Assembly: GCA_963707855.1 (NCBI GenBank)
Contig: CAVPRQ010000009.1
Coordinates: 276,158-340,157, forward strand
Reading direction: 5' to 3'
DNA length: 64,000 bases
DNA from: an uncultured Thermoleophilia bacterium
GTDB lineage: Bacteria; Actinomycetota; Thermoleophilia; UBA2241
Below are positions 1-8,732 of the stretch, piece by piece. Every line of letters starts with the position of its first letter. Positions within the stretch are counted from its first letter, which is position 1. The position numbers and the translations under genes are program-made. The notes under the pieces were generated by a model. It was not told the DNA's origin. It ran no database searches and saw only the letters and a program-made list of their open reading frames with translations.

Positions 1-1086
1 GAAGAGCTGGCGCACGAGCTGGGCGTCGGCGATCTGGTAGACGACCTGGTCGGGCGTCGCCGGGTTGATCTCGAAGGCGTGCCCGAGGCCCATCTGCCAC
101 TTCTCGAGATTGGCGCGCTCGGCGAAGGTCTCGTTGATGAAGTCGGAGGCGATGACGGTGTAGCCCTTCTCGAAGGCGTCGGCCGTCGTCAGGTAGTTGT
201 CCTCGCCGGTGTTGATGATGATGCCGGCGCGGGCGTTGAGCAGGCGGGCGAGGTACTGGTCGACGAAGGTGCGCCGCATGTTGATGTTGCGGAAGATGAT
301 GCCGTAGAGCGAGTCGTTCAGCATCATGTCGAGGCGCTCGATCGAGCCCATGTAAGCGATCTCGGGCATGCACAGGCCGCTGGCGTAGTTGCAGAGCCGG
401 ATGTAGCGGCCGAGCTCCGCGCCGACCTCGTCGAGGGCGGCGCGCATGAGGCGGAAGTTCTCCTGCGTCGCGTAGGTGCCGCCGAAGCCCTCGGTCGTGA
501 GGCCGTAAGGCACGTAGTCGAGCAGGCTCTGCGCCGTGGTGCGGATGACGGCGATCACGTCGGCGCCGGCGCGTGCCGCGGCCACGGCCTGGACGGCGTC
601 CTCGTTGATGTTGCCGGTGGCGACGATCACGTAGACGTAGGGGCGCAACGGCTCGCCGGTCTCGGCGACGAGCTCGTTGCGCCGCCGGCGCACGGCGTCG
701 ATGCGCGCGACGCCCTCGGCGGCGAGCTCAACGGCGCGCGCCTCGACGCCGGCGCGCCGCTCCGCCGGCACCTCCGCGAGCTCGAGCTCGCCGCGGGCGA
801 CGCCCTCGGCGACCTCCTGGGCGCTCCTGCCCGTCTGCATCATGAGGTCGACGAACGGCCGCATGATGCCGCCCGGCAGCAGCCCGCGGGCATGCTCGAC
901 GACGACGTTGACCAGCGGCACGTCGATCTCGTTGACGCCGGCGATGCCGAGCAGGCGCAGGGAGGCGCGCTCCGTCGAATCGGTCGTGTGGGCGTCGATG
1001 TGCTGCTGGATGTCGTCGGCGATCTCGCCGGCCGCAGCTCGGGCCCGGTCGACCAGGGACTGGTCGATGCTGATGGCGTCTGTCAC
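1..1086 (-). CDS. kamD: Lysine 5,6-aminomutase alpha subunit (KamD), N-terminal ~362 aa; C-terminus lies beyond the left window edge
   Basis: Runs off the window, so it is absent from the ORF track. Minus-strand translation from GTG (complement of 1084-1086, GAGGGTGG about 7 nt upstream) reads VTDAISIDQSLVDRARAAAGEIADD...RPYVYVIVATGNINEDAVQAVAAARAGADVIAVIRTTAQSLLDYVPYGLTTEGFGGTYATQENFRLMRAALDEVG...IIINTGEDNYLTTADAFEKGYTV...MGLGHAFEINP. These are the conserved blocks of lysine 5,6-aminomutase alpha. Plus-strand ORF 79..1236 is its antisense shadow. Confidence 0.85.
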   Translation of the reverse strand, partial: MTDAISIDQSLVDRARAAAGEIADDIQQHIDAHTTDSTERASLRLLGIAGVNEIDVPLVNVVVEHARGLLPGGIMRPFVDLMMQTGRSAQEVAEGVARGELELAEVPAERRAGVEARAVELAAEGVARIDAVRRRRNELVAETGEPLRPYVYVIVATGNINEDAVQAVAAARAGADVIAVIRTTAQSLLDYVPYGLTTEGFGGTYATQENFRLMRAALDEVGAELGRYIRLCNYASGLCMPEIAYMGSIERLDMMLNDSLYGIIFRNINMRRTFVDQYLARLLNARAGIIINTGEDNYLTTADAFEKGYTVIASDFINETFAERANLEKWQMGLGHAFEINPATPDQVVYQIADAQLVRQLF

Positions 1087-1103
1087 AGGACCACCCTCTT
1101 TCG

Positions 1104-2240
1104 TCAGGCGGGATCGGAGCCGTCGCACGCGTCATGCCCTTCCGGCAGGGACGCGAGACCGTTCACGACGTCGAACAGTGGGACGTGCGGGCCGACGGCG
1201 TCGACGAGCGCGTTGAAGAAGACTCTGGGTTGGTAGGGCTGCGGCACGCGAAATGGATTGGCCGTGAGGGCAAGCACCCGCAACGGGCGCAGCACCTCGA
1301 GGGCGATGCCGCGCCGCGCGAACAGTCCCACGGTCGCCGGCGGCAGGACGAGCACGGTCGCATCACGCACCACGACGCGCGGCGTGCGGCGCGGCGGCAG
1401 GACGCGGGTGAAGTCCTCGACGAACTCCCGCGTCAAGGCGCCGCCGATGAACAGCGTGCGCGCGTCCGAGGCGCTCCACCTCGCGGGCGACGGTCACCCC
1501 CTCGCCGATCACCGTGTCCAGCTCCAGTGGGGCTGCGCGCCCGTTGTCGTCGACGACCACGGCGCGCGCGGAGCACGAGAAGCTCAGGAGCTACCAGAGC
1601 CCTGGTCTCGGCGGAGACCTCCGGGAGAGTCAGCATGTCGAGGGTGGCGACGGTGGTCTCGACGACTTCGTCGAGGGTGTCGCCGACCATGCCGCCGGTC
1701 GCCACGACGACGCCGTCGGACACCCGCGGCGAGGCGCTCCCGAGGCGGTTGATGGCGCCGTCGACGAGGACCAGCTCGGCGCCGTGCGCCTGCAGGCGCT
1801 CGACCGTGACACGCAGCTCGGCGAGCGTCGTCGGGCCGCTGACCTCGACCTGTCCGTCGTCGCCGGCGCGCCCGATGAGGACGCGTCCGAGCGGCGTATG
1901 GAAGGGCAGCTCCTCGAGCACTCTCCATAGCGTAGCGCGACCTCTCGAGGGAGCCGCGAGTCGTCGCCACGAGCGTGCCCGCCGGGGGCGCGATGCGCGG
2001 CTTGGCGAGGCCCGTCAGGTGATCGACCTTCTCGCCATCGAGGCCGAGAGAGGTGAGGCCGAAGCGGTGGCCGCAGTGCGCCATGAGCGCGTTGACCACC
2101 GTCGTCTTGCCGGCGTTCTTGACCAGCCCGATCACGGCAAGAGAACGCACGCCTGAACGGGTGATGAGCTCGTAGAGGGCATCGACGGTGGCGACGTGCG
2201 CAGTACGCTCGCCCGTGGTCGTGCCGTGACCGCAGGTCAC
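1104..2240 (-). CDS. P-loop NTPase upstream of kamD (possible aminomutase reactivase, KamC-like); frame broken about 3 times as assembled
   Basis: Fragments chain into one ~378-aa protein. The 1584..2240 frame gives MTCGHG...LAVIGLVKNAGKTTVVNALMAH...GLTSLGLDGEKVDHL (Walker A). The 1433..1921 frame gives VLEELPFHTPLGRVLIGRAGDDGQVEVSGP...VVVATGGMVGDTLDEVV. The 1363..1560 frame gives VVVDDNGRAAPLELDTVIGEGVTVAREVE. The 1104..1436 frame gives TREFVEDFTRVLPP.... Shifts lie near 1922, 1565 and 1465. GTGA overlap with the upstream stop at 2237-2240. Function is inferred only from the P-loop and the position next to kamD. Confidence 0.5.
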
Positions 2241-2917
2241 CGCGCCCCTCCGTCGGAGGCTGGCGCCGCGCCGCCACCGTTCGCGGCGCCGGGGCGGCGG
2301 ATCTCCTTGAGGTAGCTGAAGATCGTGTAGCGCGAGAGGTCGAGCGCGTCCGCGACCTGCTCGGCGGACCGCTTGACAAGGAAGGCGCCGCGCTCCTCGA
2401 GCCGTTTGACGACCTCCATCTTCTCGTCGCGCGACATGGCGGCGGGCGTCTTGCCCATCTCGCCAAGGATCTTCGCGATCATCCCCGCGACGACGTCGCG
2501 GATGTCGTCGGCGAAGATCTCCTCCGCCTCGGGCAGCGCCTCGCCGCCCAGGCGACCGACGGCGGCCAGGTTGGCGAGCGTGCGCTGGGTCTGGACGAGA
2601 CCCGAGACGTCGAAGTTCAGACCAAGGATCCCGAAGACGTCGCCCTGAGCGTCGCGCAGCGTGACGGCAAGCGACTTGAGGACCTTGCCGTCGCTCGACG
2701 TGACGTACAGGCGCACGTCGGGCCCGCCTTCGGTGGCCCGCCGCAGCGAACGCAGCATGAGGTCGGTCGGGACGTCGCCGACGCTGCGGCCGGTCACGTG
2801 GCCGTTCTCGATCGCGACGATGGAACGGGGAAGCTGGCCCACGTCGTGAAGGACGACCTCACAGTCGGGGCCGAACATCTCGGCCAGTCCCTGCACGAGG
2901 GGCAGCAGTGGGCGCAT
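2237..2917 (-). CDS. YheO-like PAS domain plus HTH transcriptional regulator
   Basis: ORF 2237..2983. Likely start is ATG at 2917 (MRPLLPLVQGLAEMFGPDCEVVLHDV...), because the listed start is TTG. The C-terminus RDEKMEVVKRLEERGAFLVKRSAEQVADALDLSRYTIFSYLKEIR is a typical YheO/DauR-type HTH. Confidence 0.8.
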   Translation of the reverse strand: MRPLLPLVQGLAEMFGPDCEVVLHDVGQLPRSIVAIENGHVTGRSVGDVPTDLMLRSLRRATEGGPDVRLYVTSSDGKVLKSLAVTLRDAQGDVFGILGLNFDVSGLVQTQRTLANLAAVGRLGGEALPEAEEIFADDIRDVVAGMIAKILGEMGKTPAAMSRDEKMEVVKRLEERGAFLVKRSAEQVADALDLSRYTIFSYLKEIRRPGAANGGGAAPASDGGAR

Positions 2918-3009
2918 GCGCGGATCGAGCGTTCCGCTTGACCACACCCGGCCTCCGAGTGACGAGAGAACGAGGACTCCCAAGGCGCAGACGCAGCCTG
3001 GGACGTCAG

Positions 3010-3038
3010 TTGTATCGCATGCTCGCGCCGCTTGTCAA
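3010..3038 (-). promoter_or_regulatory. Putative sigma-70-type promoter for the regulator/kam operon
   Basis: Minus-strand reading is TTGACA (3038-3033), a 17-nt spacer, then ATACAA (3015-3010), in an unusually AT-rich patch upstream of 2917/2983. Confidence 0.35.
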
Positions 3039-3096
3039 AAAGAGTGGCGGTTGTACCCGGTTTAGTGGGGCCGGTGTCCGCCCTGCCGAGGACGTC

Positions 3097-4288
3097 CTAC
3101 ATGCTCTTGGGTCGTTCACCCAGAGTGACCTCGAACGACTTGCGCTTGCCGTCGCGCACGACCTCGACCGTCACCTCGTCACCCGGTGTCTTGTCGGCCA
3201 GAAAGGCGATGAGGTCGTCGAAGCTCTCGATCGGGGTGTCGTCGATCTTGACGATGACGTCGCCGCCGACTACCCACTGTTGTCCCTGGACGGTGACGCT
3301 CTCGTCGCCGCCGCGGATGCCGGCCTTCTCGGCCGGACCGCCGGCGGCGACGGTCTCGACGAGCACGCCTCGCTCGACGCCGACGTCGAACGTCTTGGCC
3401 ACGTCGGGCGTCAGCGACTTGCCGCCGATGCCCAGCCACGCGTACGCGACCTTGCCGTTCTCCTTGAGCTGTTCCATGACGCGGACGGCGGTGTTGATGG
3501 GCACGGCGAAGCCGAGTCCCTCGTTGCCCCCGCTCCGCGAGGCGATCTGCTCGTTGATGCCGATGACCTCGCCGCTCGCGTTGATGAGCGGGCCGCCGGA
3601 GTTCCCCGGATTGATCGCGGCGTCGGTCTGAATGGCGTTCGGGATGACGGCCCCGGTGGGGGCCTCGATGCTGCGCTCCACCGCGGACACGATGCCGGAC
3701 GTGATCGAGAAGTCGTAGCCCAAGGGGTTGCCGATGGCGACCACGGGCTCGCCGACGATGACTTTGTCCGAGTCTCCGAGTCTGAGCGGGAGGACGGGCG
3801 CTTTGTCGGGGTCGACGCGCAGCACCGCGACGTCGCTGTCGCCATCGACGCCCACCAGTCTCGGCGGCGAACTCGTCGCCCTCACCGCCGGGCGCGTTGA
3901 ACACGACGGTGACGTCGCTCGCCGTCTGTCCCTGGCCGTCAAGGACGACATGGGCGTTCGTGAGGATGTCGCCGTCCTCCGACACGACGAATCCCGTGCC
4001 GAGCGACTGCGCGTTCGGCGCCGCGCCGCCCCAGGGGCTCCAGCCGTCCTGCGCCTCGAACGTGGCGCGTACCATGACGACGCCACCGGACATACGGCTG
4101 TACAACTGAGACGGGGAGAGGCCGGGGCCTTGGGCGACGGGCACGTCGGCCGGCTGCGTGGCCGGCTGAAGGAGGGTGGTCTGCGCGCCCTCGCCGAAGT
4201 CGAAGGCGACGACCAGCACGAGCAGCACGAACGCGGCGCCCACGGCGCCGCCGGCCATGCCGAGCAGGAAGCCTCTCATTCTGTGCAT
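3097..4288 (-). CDS. htrA: HtrA/DegP-family serine protease with PDZ domain (PepD-like); one frame break near 3857
   Basis: The N-terminal part lies in the 3179..4288 frame (MHRMRGFLLGMAGGAVGAAFVLLVLVV TM helix, then GTGFVVSEDGDILTNAHVV with the catalytic His). The rest lies in the 3097..4086 frame (DVAVLRVD..., GNPLGYDFSITSGIVSA, TDAAINPGNSGGPLIN catalytic Ser, PDZ LGIGGKSLTPDVAK...GDVIVKIDD). Confidence 0.85.
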
Positions 4289-4446
4289 CGCCGTCGTCCT
4301 CCGTCATCAGGTCGCTTGATGATGCTGCGGCTCGACCCATGTCGCCGCGGGCGATGGTCGAGCGCAGTCGCCGTCTCGTATTAACTGGACCCGGCCCCGG
4401 GAATGCAAACGGAGCTGCACAGAACGGGTCCGTCCGCGGCGCGTCG

Positions 4447-6273
4447 TCATTGGCCTGGCGCGGGAAGCGTCGCGTCCGCCGCCGCCTTTCGGGGGTGGCG
4501 GGGGCGACGCGGCAGCCTGACCGTGAACGTGGCGCCCTCGCCCGGTGCTGACGCCGCGGTCAGCACGCCGCCCATCAGCTCGGTGAGCTCGCCCGCGATG
4601 GAGAGGCCCAGGCCCGCCCCGGAGGTCGAGGCGCGCTCGCGGCGGCCGCGGTGGAAGCGCTCGAAGAGCCGGGGAAGGTCCTCGTCCGCGATCCCCGGAC
4701 CCGTGTCGCTGACGACCAGGGCGGCGGTGGCCTCGTCGTCGTCATCGACGGCGACGCTGACCGCGCCGCCCGGCGGCGACAACTTGACGGCGTTGTCGAC
4801 GAGGGCGCGCAGCACCTGTGCGAGGCGCTCCTCGTCGCACCACGCCGTCACCCCCTCGCCGTCGCGACGTACGCTCAGCGCGAGTTCCTTCGCCTGTGCC
4901 AGGGTGTGGAACTCGTCGAGGACCGAACGCGCCACGGTCGCGAGCTCTACATCGGCCGGGACGAGCTCGATCGACCCCGCTTCGACGCGCGACAGGTCCA
5001 GCATGCTCACGGCCAGGTTGCGCAGGCGGTCGACCTGCTGCCGCATGAGCTGCAGGAACTCGTGCTGTTCGTCAGAGGAGAGGCTGCCTTCGTCGAGCAG
5101 CTCGAGAAAGCCGGCGAGCGAGAAGAGCGGCGTCTTGAACTCATGCGAGGCGTTGGCGATGAAGTCGCGTCGAGCGCGCTCGAGCTTGGCCTGGGCGGTA
5201 ACGTCGCGCAGGACGATGATCGAGGTGAAATCGGCCTCGCCGCCGACTGGATAGGTGAGAGCCTCGAGCGTGCGCTCGCCGTGGACGAAGACGACGTCCT
5301 GGACATCGCCGCCGTGGCGGGACTCGTACCAGATGTTGGCGACGTCGTAGGGGAAGGCGCGGCCGAGCTCAGCGCCCACCGGCAGGTCGCGGCCGAGGAG
5401 GACGGCCGCAGCGGGGTTGGTGATCGTCACGCGGCCGTCGGCCGAGATGCCGATCACGCCCTCGCTCAGGTCGTTGAGGAGGATCTCGATGCGGTTCTTC
5501 TCGAGCTCGACTTGAGAGAAGGCGTCGCGCAGGCGCTCGGCCATCGAGTTGAAGGACCGCGCCAGCTGACCGATCTCGTCCTCGAGGCCGACGGGCACGG
5601 TCACCGAAAGGTCGCCGCCCGCCATCGTCTCGGCGCTGGCCTCGATCCGCTTCAGGCGCGCGGCGATGAGGGTCGACACGAGAAGGCTCGCCACGAAGCT
5701 CACGAGCAGCGCCAGCGCGGCGGCCAGCAGCAGCTGGCTCTTGACGCTGGCGACGGCCCGGTCGACGTCGTCGAGCGGCGCGAGAAGAAGGGCGACGCCG
5801 CCGACCGGCCGCGCCGCCTGCTCGACGACGAGGGGCACGGCCGTCGCCGCGAACCGTCCGTAGCCCGTCGTCACGACGCCCTGCTCGACGACGCCACGGT
5901 CGATCGCGGTCTCGAGCATGGGGAAGTCCGCGGCGGCGAAGGGGTCGTCACCGCCGGAGTCGGCGAGCGCGTTCTCTGCGCGCGTGAGCACGACCACCCG
6001 CGAGTTCAGGCGCATGGCGATGCGGCCGATCACCTGGTCGAGCGCGGGAGCGTCCGCGACCTGAAGCTCGCCGCTGTGGCTGTCGTAGCGCATGAACTCG
6101 CCGACGGTGCTTCCCGTGAGGTCGGCGTTGCCGTACATGTCGGCGAGCTTCTGACGCTCGAGGCGCGTGCCGAGCGGCGGTACGACGTAGAGCCACGCGA
6201 CGAGCATGGAGAGCGCCACAAGGCCGACGACGAGCAGGGTCAGCCAGTTCTTGACCGATCGCAGCAGGACCAT
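4447..6273 (-). CDS. Sensor histidine kinase (TM-HAMP-PAS-HisKA-HATPase_c)
   Basis: Intact 608-aa ORF with two TM helices. HAMP is LKRIEASAETMAGGDLSVTVPVGLEDEIGQLARSFNSMAERL, the H-box is FIANASHEFKTPLFSLAGFLELL, and the G-boxes are DTGPGIADEDLPRLFERFHRG and GAGLGLSIA. Confidence 0.9.
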   Translation of the reverse strand: MVLLRSVKNWLTLLVVGLVALSMLVAWLYVVPPLGTRLERQKLADMYGNADLTGSTVGEFMRYDSHSGELQVADAPALDQVIGRIAMRLNSRVVVLTRAENALADSGGDDPFAAADFPMLETAIDRGVVEQGVVTTGYGRFAATAVPLVVEQAARPVGGVALLLAPLDDVDRAVASVKSQLLLAAALALLVSFVASLLVSTLIAARLKRIEASAETMAGGDLSVTVPVGLEDEIGQLARSFNSMAERLRDAFSQVELEKNRIEILLNDLSEGVIGISADGRVTITNPAAAVLLGRDLPVGAELGRAFPYDVANIWYESRHGGDVQDVVFVHGERTLEALTYPVGGEADFTSIIVLRDVTAQAKLERARRDFIANASHEFKTPLFSLAGFLELLDEGSLSSDEQHEFLQLMRQQVDRLRNLAVSMLDLSRVEAGSIELVPADVELATVARSVLDEFHTLAQAKELALSVRRDGEGVTAWCDEERLAQVLRALVDNAVKLSPPGGAVSVAVDDDDEATAALVVSDTGPGIADEDLPRLFERFHRGRRERASTSGAGLGLSIAGELTELMGGVLTAASAPGEGATFTVRLPRRPRHPRKAAADATLPAPGQ

Positions 6274-6302
6274 CGGGCTCGGGCTGACTGGCCCCGTCCC
6301 CC

Positions 6303-7010
6303 TCAGAGCTCGCGGAACTTGTAGCCGATGTTGCGGACCGTGAAGATGTACTCCGGGTCCTTGGCGTTGCTCTCCATCTTCTCGCGGAGATGGCGGATGT
6401 GGACGTCGACGGTGCGTGCGTCGCGGTAGTCGGAGTCGCCCCAGACGAGCTGCAGGAGCAGCGGCCGGCTGTACACGCGGCCGGGGTGCGAGACGAGGGT
6501 CCTGAGGATCTCGAACTCGATGTACGTGAGGTCGACGCGGCTTCCGCGAACGGTCACGTTGCGCTTGAGAAGGTCGACCTCGAGCTCGTCGACCTTGATC
6601 ACGTCGCGGCGCGCCGCCTCGGCGCTGCGCGCCATCTCGGCGCGCCGCAGCTGGGCGCGCACGCGGCTGCGGAACTCGCGCAGGCTGAAACGGTCCTTGG
6701 TGATGTAGTCGTCGGCGCCGATCTCGAGCCCGAGGACCTTGTCGATCTCCTCCGACTTCGCCGTGAGCATGATGATCGGCACGATACTCTGGGCGCGGAG
6801 GCGGCGGCAGACCTCGAGGCCGTCCACTCGCGGCATCATGATGTCGAGGATCACGAGGTCGAAGCGCTCGCCGGAGAAGGTCTCGAGCGCCTCCTCTCCG
6901 TCGCGCGCGGTGACGACCTGGTAGCCCTCCTTCTCGAGAGGGAAGCGCAGCAGCTTGAGGATCGCCTCCTCGTCGTCGACGAGCAGGATGCGCGCTCCGG
7001 TCTCGTTCAT
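6303..7010 (-). CDS. OmpR/PhoB-family response regulator
   Basis: Within ORF 6303..7625 the real start is ATG at 7010. MNETGARILLVDDEEAILKLLRFPLEKEGYQVVTARDGEEALE...DLVILDIMMPRVDG is the receiver domain, and the C-terminal winged helix is LTYIEFEILRTLVSHPGRVYSR...TVDVHIRHLREKME...IFTVRNIGYKF. A 4-nt overlap joins it to the upstream gene. Confidence 0.9.
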   Translation of the reverse strand: MNETGARILLVDDEEAILKLLRFPLEKEGYQVVTARDGEEALETFSGERFDLVILDIMMPRVDGLEVCRRLRAQSIVPIIMLTAKSEEIDKVLGLEIGADDYITKDRFSLREFRSRVRAQLRRAEMARSAEAARRDVIKVDELEVDLLKRNVTVRGSRVDLTYIEFEILRTLVSHPGRVYSRPLLLQLVWGDSDYRDARTVDVHIRHLREKMESNAKDPEYIFTVRNIGYKFREL

Positions 7011-7690
7011 CGGGGTCCTCCTCCGGCCTCCGTCGCGCCGGTGGCCGCCTCGTCGCGGCCGGCGTCTTCGGACGGCGCCGGGGGCGGGACGAGAGCGCGG
7101 GTCCGGAAGCGGGCGCCGATCTTCGTCGCGATGGCCGCGCAGCCCTCGAGGTCGGCGCCCGGGTAGTCGACCGCGGTCACCGTGGTGTCGATGCCGTGTC
7201 CGACACATTGTTCGGCGAAGCGGACGACGGCCCTGTGGGCCTTGCTGAAGGTCGGGCGACAGATGAGGTCGTAGCTCTCGGGGTCGGCGGCGTTGAGGCT
7301 CACGGTCGCGGCATCGAGACCGGCGGCGGCCAGGGCGGGGACCACTTCGACGGCCGGGTTGAGAAGCTGGCCGTGGCCGTTCGTGTCGAGGCGCGAGTGC
7401 AGGCGGCGCAGGGCGAGCCACTCGGTGACGGCGAGGACGACGTCGAGCCGCATGGTGGGCTCGCCGAAGCCGCAGAACACGACCTCGTCGGCGGGCCCGT
7501 CGAGGAACTCGAGCTCGATGGCCCGCGTCACCTCGTCGGCCTCGGGCTCGGCCTCGAGGACGAGCGGCTCGCCATACACGTCGTCGGAGAACTCGCGGAG
7601 GCAGAACACGCAGCCGCAGGAGCACCGGTTCGTGATGTTCAGATAGACGTTGCCCTTGCCGCGATATGCGATTTTTCCCTGCTCAGTCAC
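7007..7690 (-). CDS. Small radical SAM protein of the TatD-associated type
   Basis: In ORF 7007..7810 the likely start is GTG at 7690 (VTEQGKIAYRGKGNVYLNITNRCSCGCVFCLREF, a CxxxCxxC cluster). It continues VVFCGFGEPTMRLD, RLDTNGHG and SLNAADPESYDLICRPTF. No TatD gene is in the window. Confidence 0.75.
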   Translation of the reverse strand: MTEQGKIAYRGKGNVYLNITNRCSCGCVFCLREFSDDVYGEPLVLEAEPEADEVTRAIELEFLDGPADEVVFCGFGEPTMRLDVVLAVTEWLALRRLHSRLDTNGHGQLLNPAVEVVPALAAAGLDAATVSLNAADPESYDLICRPTFSKAHRAVVRFAEQCVGHGIDTTVTAVDYPGADLEGCAAIATKIGARFRTRALVPPPAPSEDAGRDEAATGATEAGGGPR

Positions 7691-7784
7691 GTCTCGAGTA
7701 TAGCAGGGTACAATGAGGACCCCGGTCGTCGGCCGGGTCGCGACGCGACGAGGCCCCCGTCGGCGCGACGACCAAGGACATCGC

Positions 7785-8732
7785 GTGGACGACACCATCG
7801 AACGCCTCATCGAGCTGTGCGACGGCCTGCGCCGCGTGGTGCTCCCCTCGCTCGGCTCGCACGCGGCGCGCGATCACGCGGGGGTCGCGGTCGGGGGCGA
7901 CGTGACGTTCGGCATCGACGAGGAGGCCGAACGCTACCTCGTCGCCCACATGCGGGACCGCCTTCCCGGCTGGGCCTTCTACTCCGAAGACGGGGGCTTG
8001 CAGGGCGCCGACGACCCGGAGGTCGTGCTCGTCGTGGACCCGATCGACGGCACCCGGCCGGCGGCCGCCGGGTTCGAGATGGCGTGCGTCAGCGTCGCCG
8101 CCGTTCCCGGCGGTGACGCGCCGACGATGGGCGACGTGGTAGCCGCCGCCGTACAGGAGATCAAGTCCGGCGACCTGTTCGTCGCCGAGAAGGGCGCCGG
8201 TTTCTCTATGCGGCGGGCCGATGGCGGCGAGCTGCCGTTCAGACCGACGACCAGGGTCGACCTCGAGAGCCTCTTCTGGACCCTGGGTTTTCGCGGCCGC
8301 CCCGCCGTGGTGCTGGCCGGCGTCCTCGCGGAGCTCATCGACACCTCGTCCGTGGGGGGCTCGGTGTTCGACATCGGCTCCGCCACCTACTCCGTCACGC
8401 GCATCCTCACCGGGCAGCTCGACGCCTACGTCGACATCGGCCCGGCGATCATCGAGGCACACCCCGCGCTGGAGGCGGAGTTCCGGCGCGTCGGGCGCGG
8501 CCACGTCCTCTGCAACTCCCCCTACGACCTCGCCGCCGTGCACCTGCTCTGCCGTGAGGCCGGCGTCCCGATCGGCGACGCCGACGGCGAGCCGCTCGAC
8601 GGCCGGCCCGTCCTGGGTTCCGACGCGAGCTACCAGATGGCCTGCATCGCCTCGGGCAACGACGAGCTCCAGGGCCGTCTGGTCGAGGTCGTGCAACGCG
8701 GCATCCGCGACTACGTGCCGGCGGCGTCATGA
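7785..8732 (+). CDS. Inositol monophosphatase / FBPase-family protein
   Basis: The ORF begins at 7713, but the Arg-rich first 24 aa look non-coding. GTG at 7785 has AAGGA 7 nt upstream. Motifs: FGIDEEAERYL, SEDGG, VLVVDPIDGTRP, and CNSPYDLAAVHLLCREAG. Confidence 0.8.
   Translation: MDDTIERLIELCDGLRRVVLPSLGSHAARDHAGVAVGGDVTFGIDEEAERYLVAHMRDRLPGWAFYSEDGGLQGADDPEVVLVVDPIDGTRPAAAGFEMACVSVAAVPGGDAPTMGDVVAAAVQEIKSGDLFVAEKGAGFSMRRADGGELPFRPTTRVDLESLFWTLGFRGRPAVVLAGVLAELIDTSSVGGSVFDIGSATYSVTRILTGQLDAYVDIGPAIIEAHPALEAEFRRVGRGHVLCNSPYDLAAVHLLCREAGVPIGDADGEPLDGRPVLGSDASYQMACIASGNDELQGRLVEVVQRGIRDYVPAAS

Noticed and set aside
79-1236. 385-aa plus-strand ORF covering the left end of the window
   Set aside because: It is the antisense shadow of kamD. 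Its composition is dominated by A/G/V/D/R runs, whereas the minus strand encodes textbook lysine 5,6-aminomutase alpha motifs.
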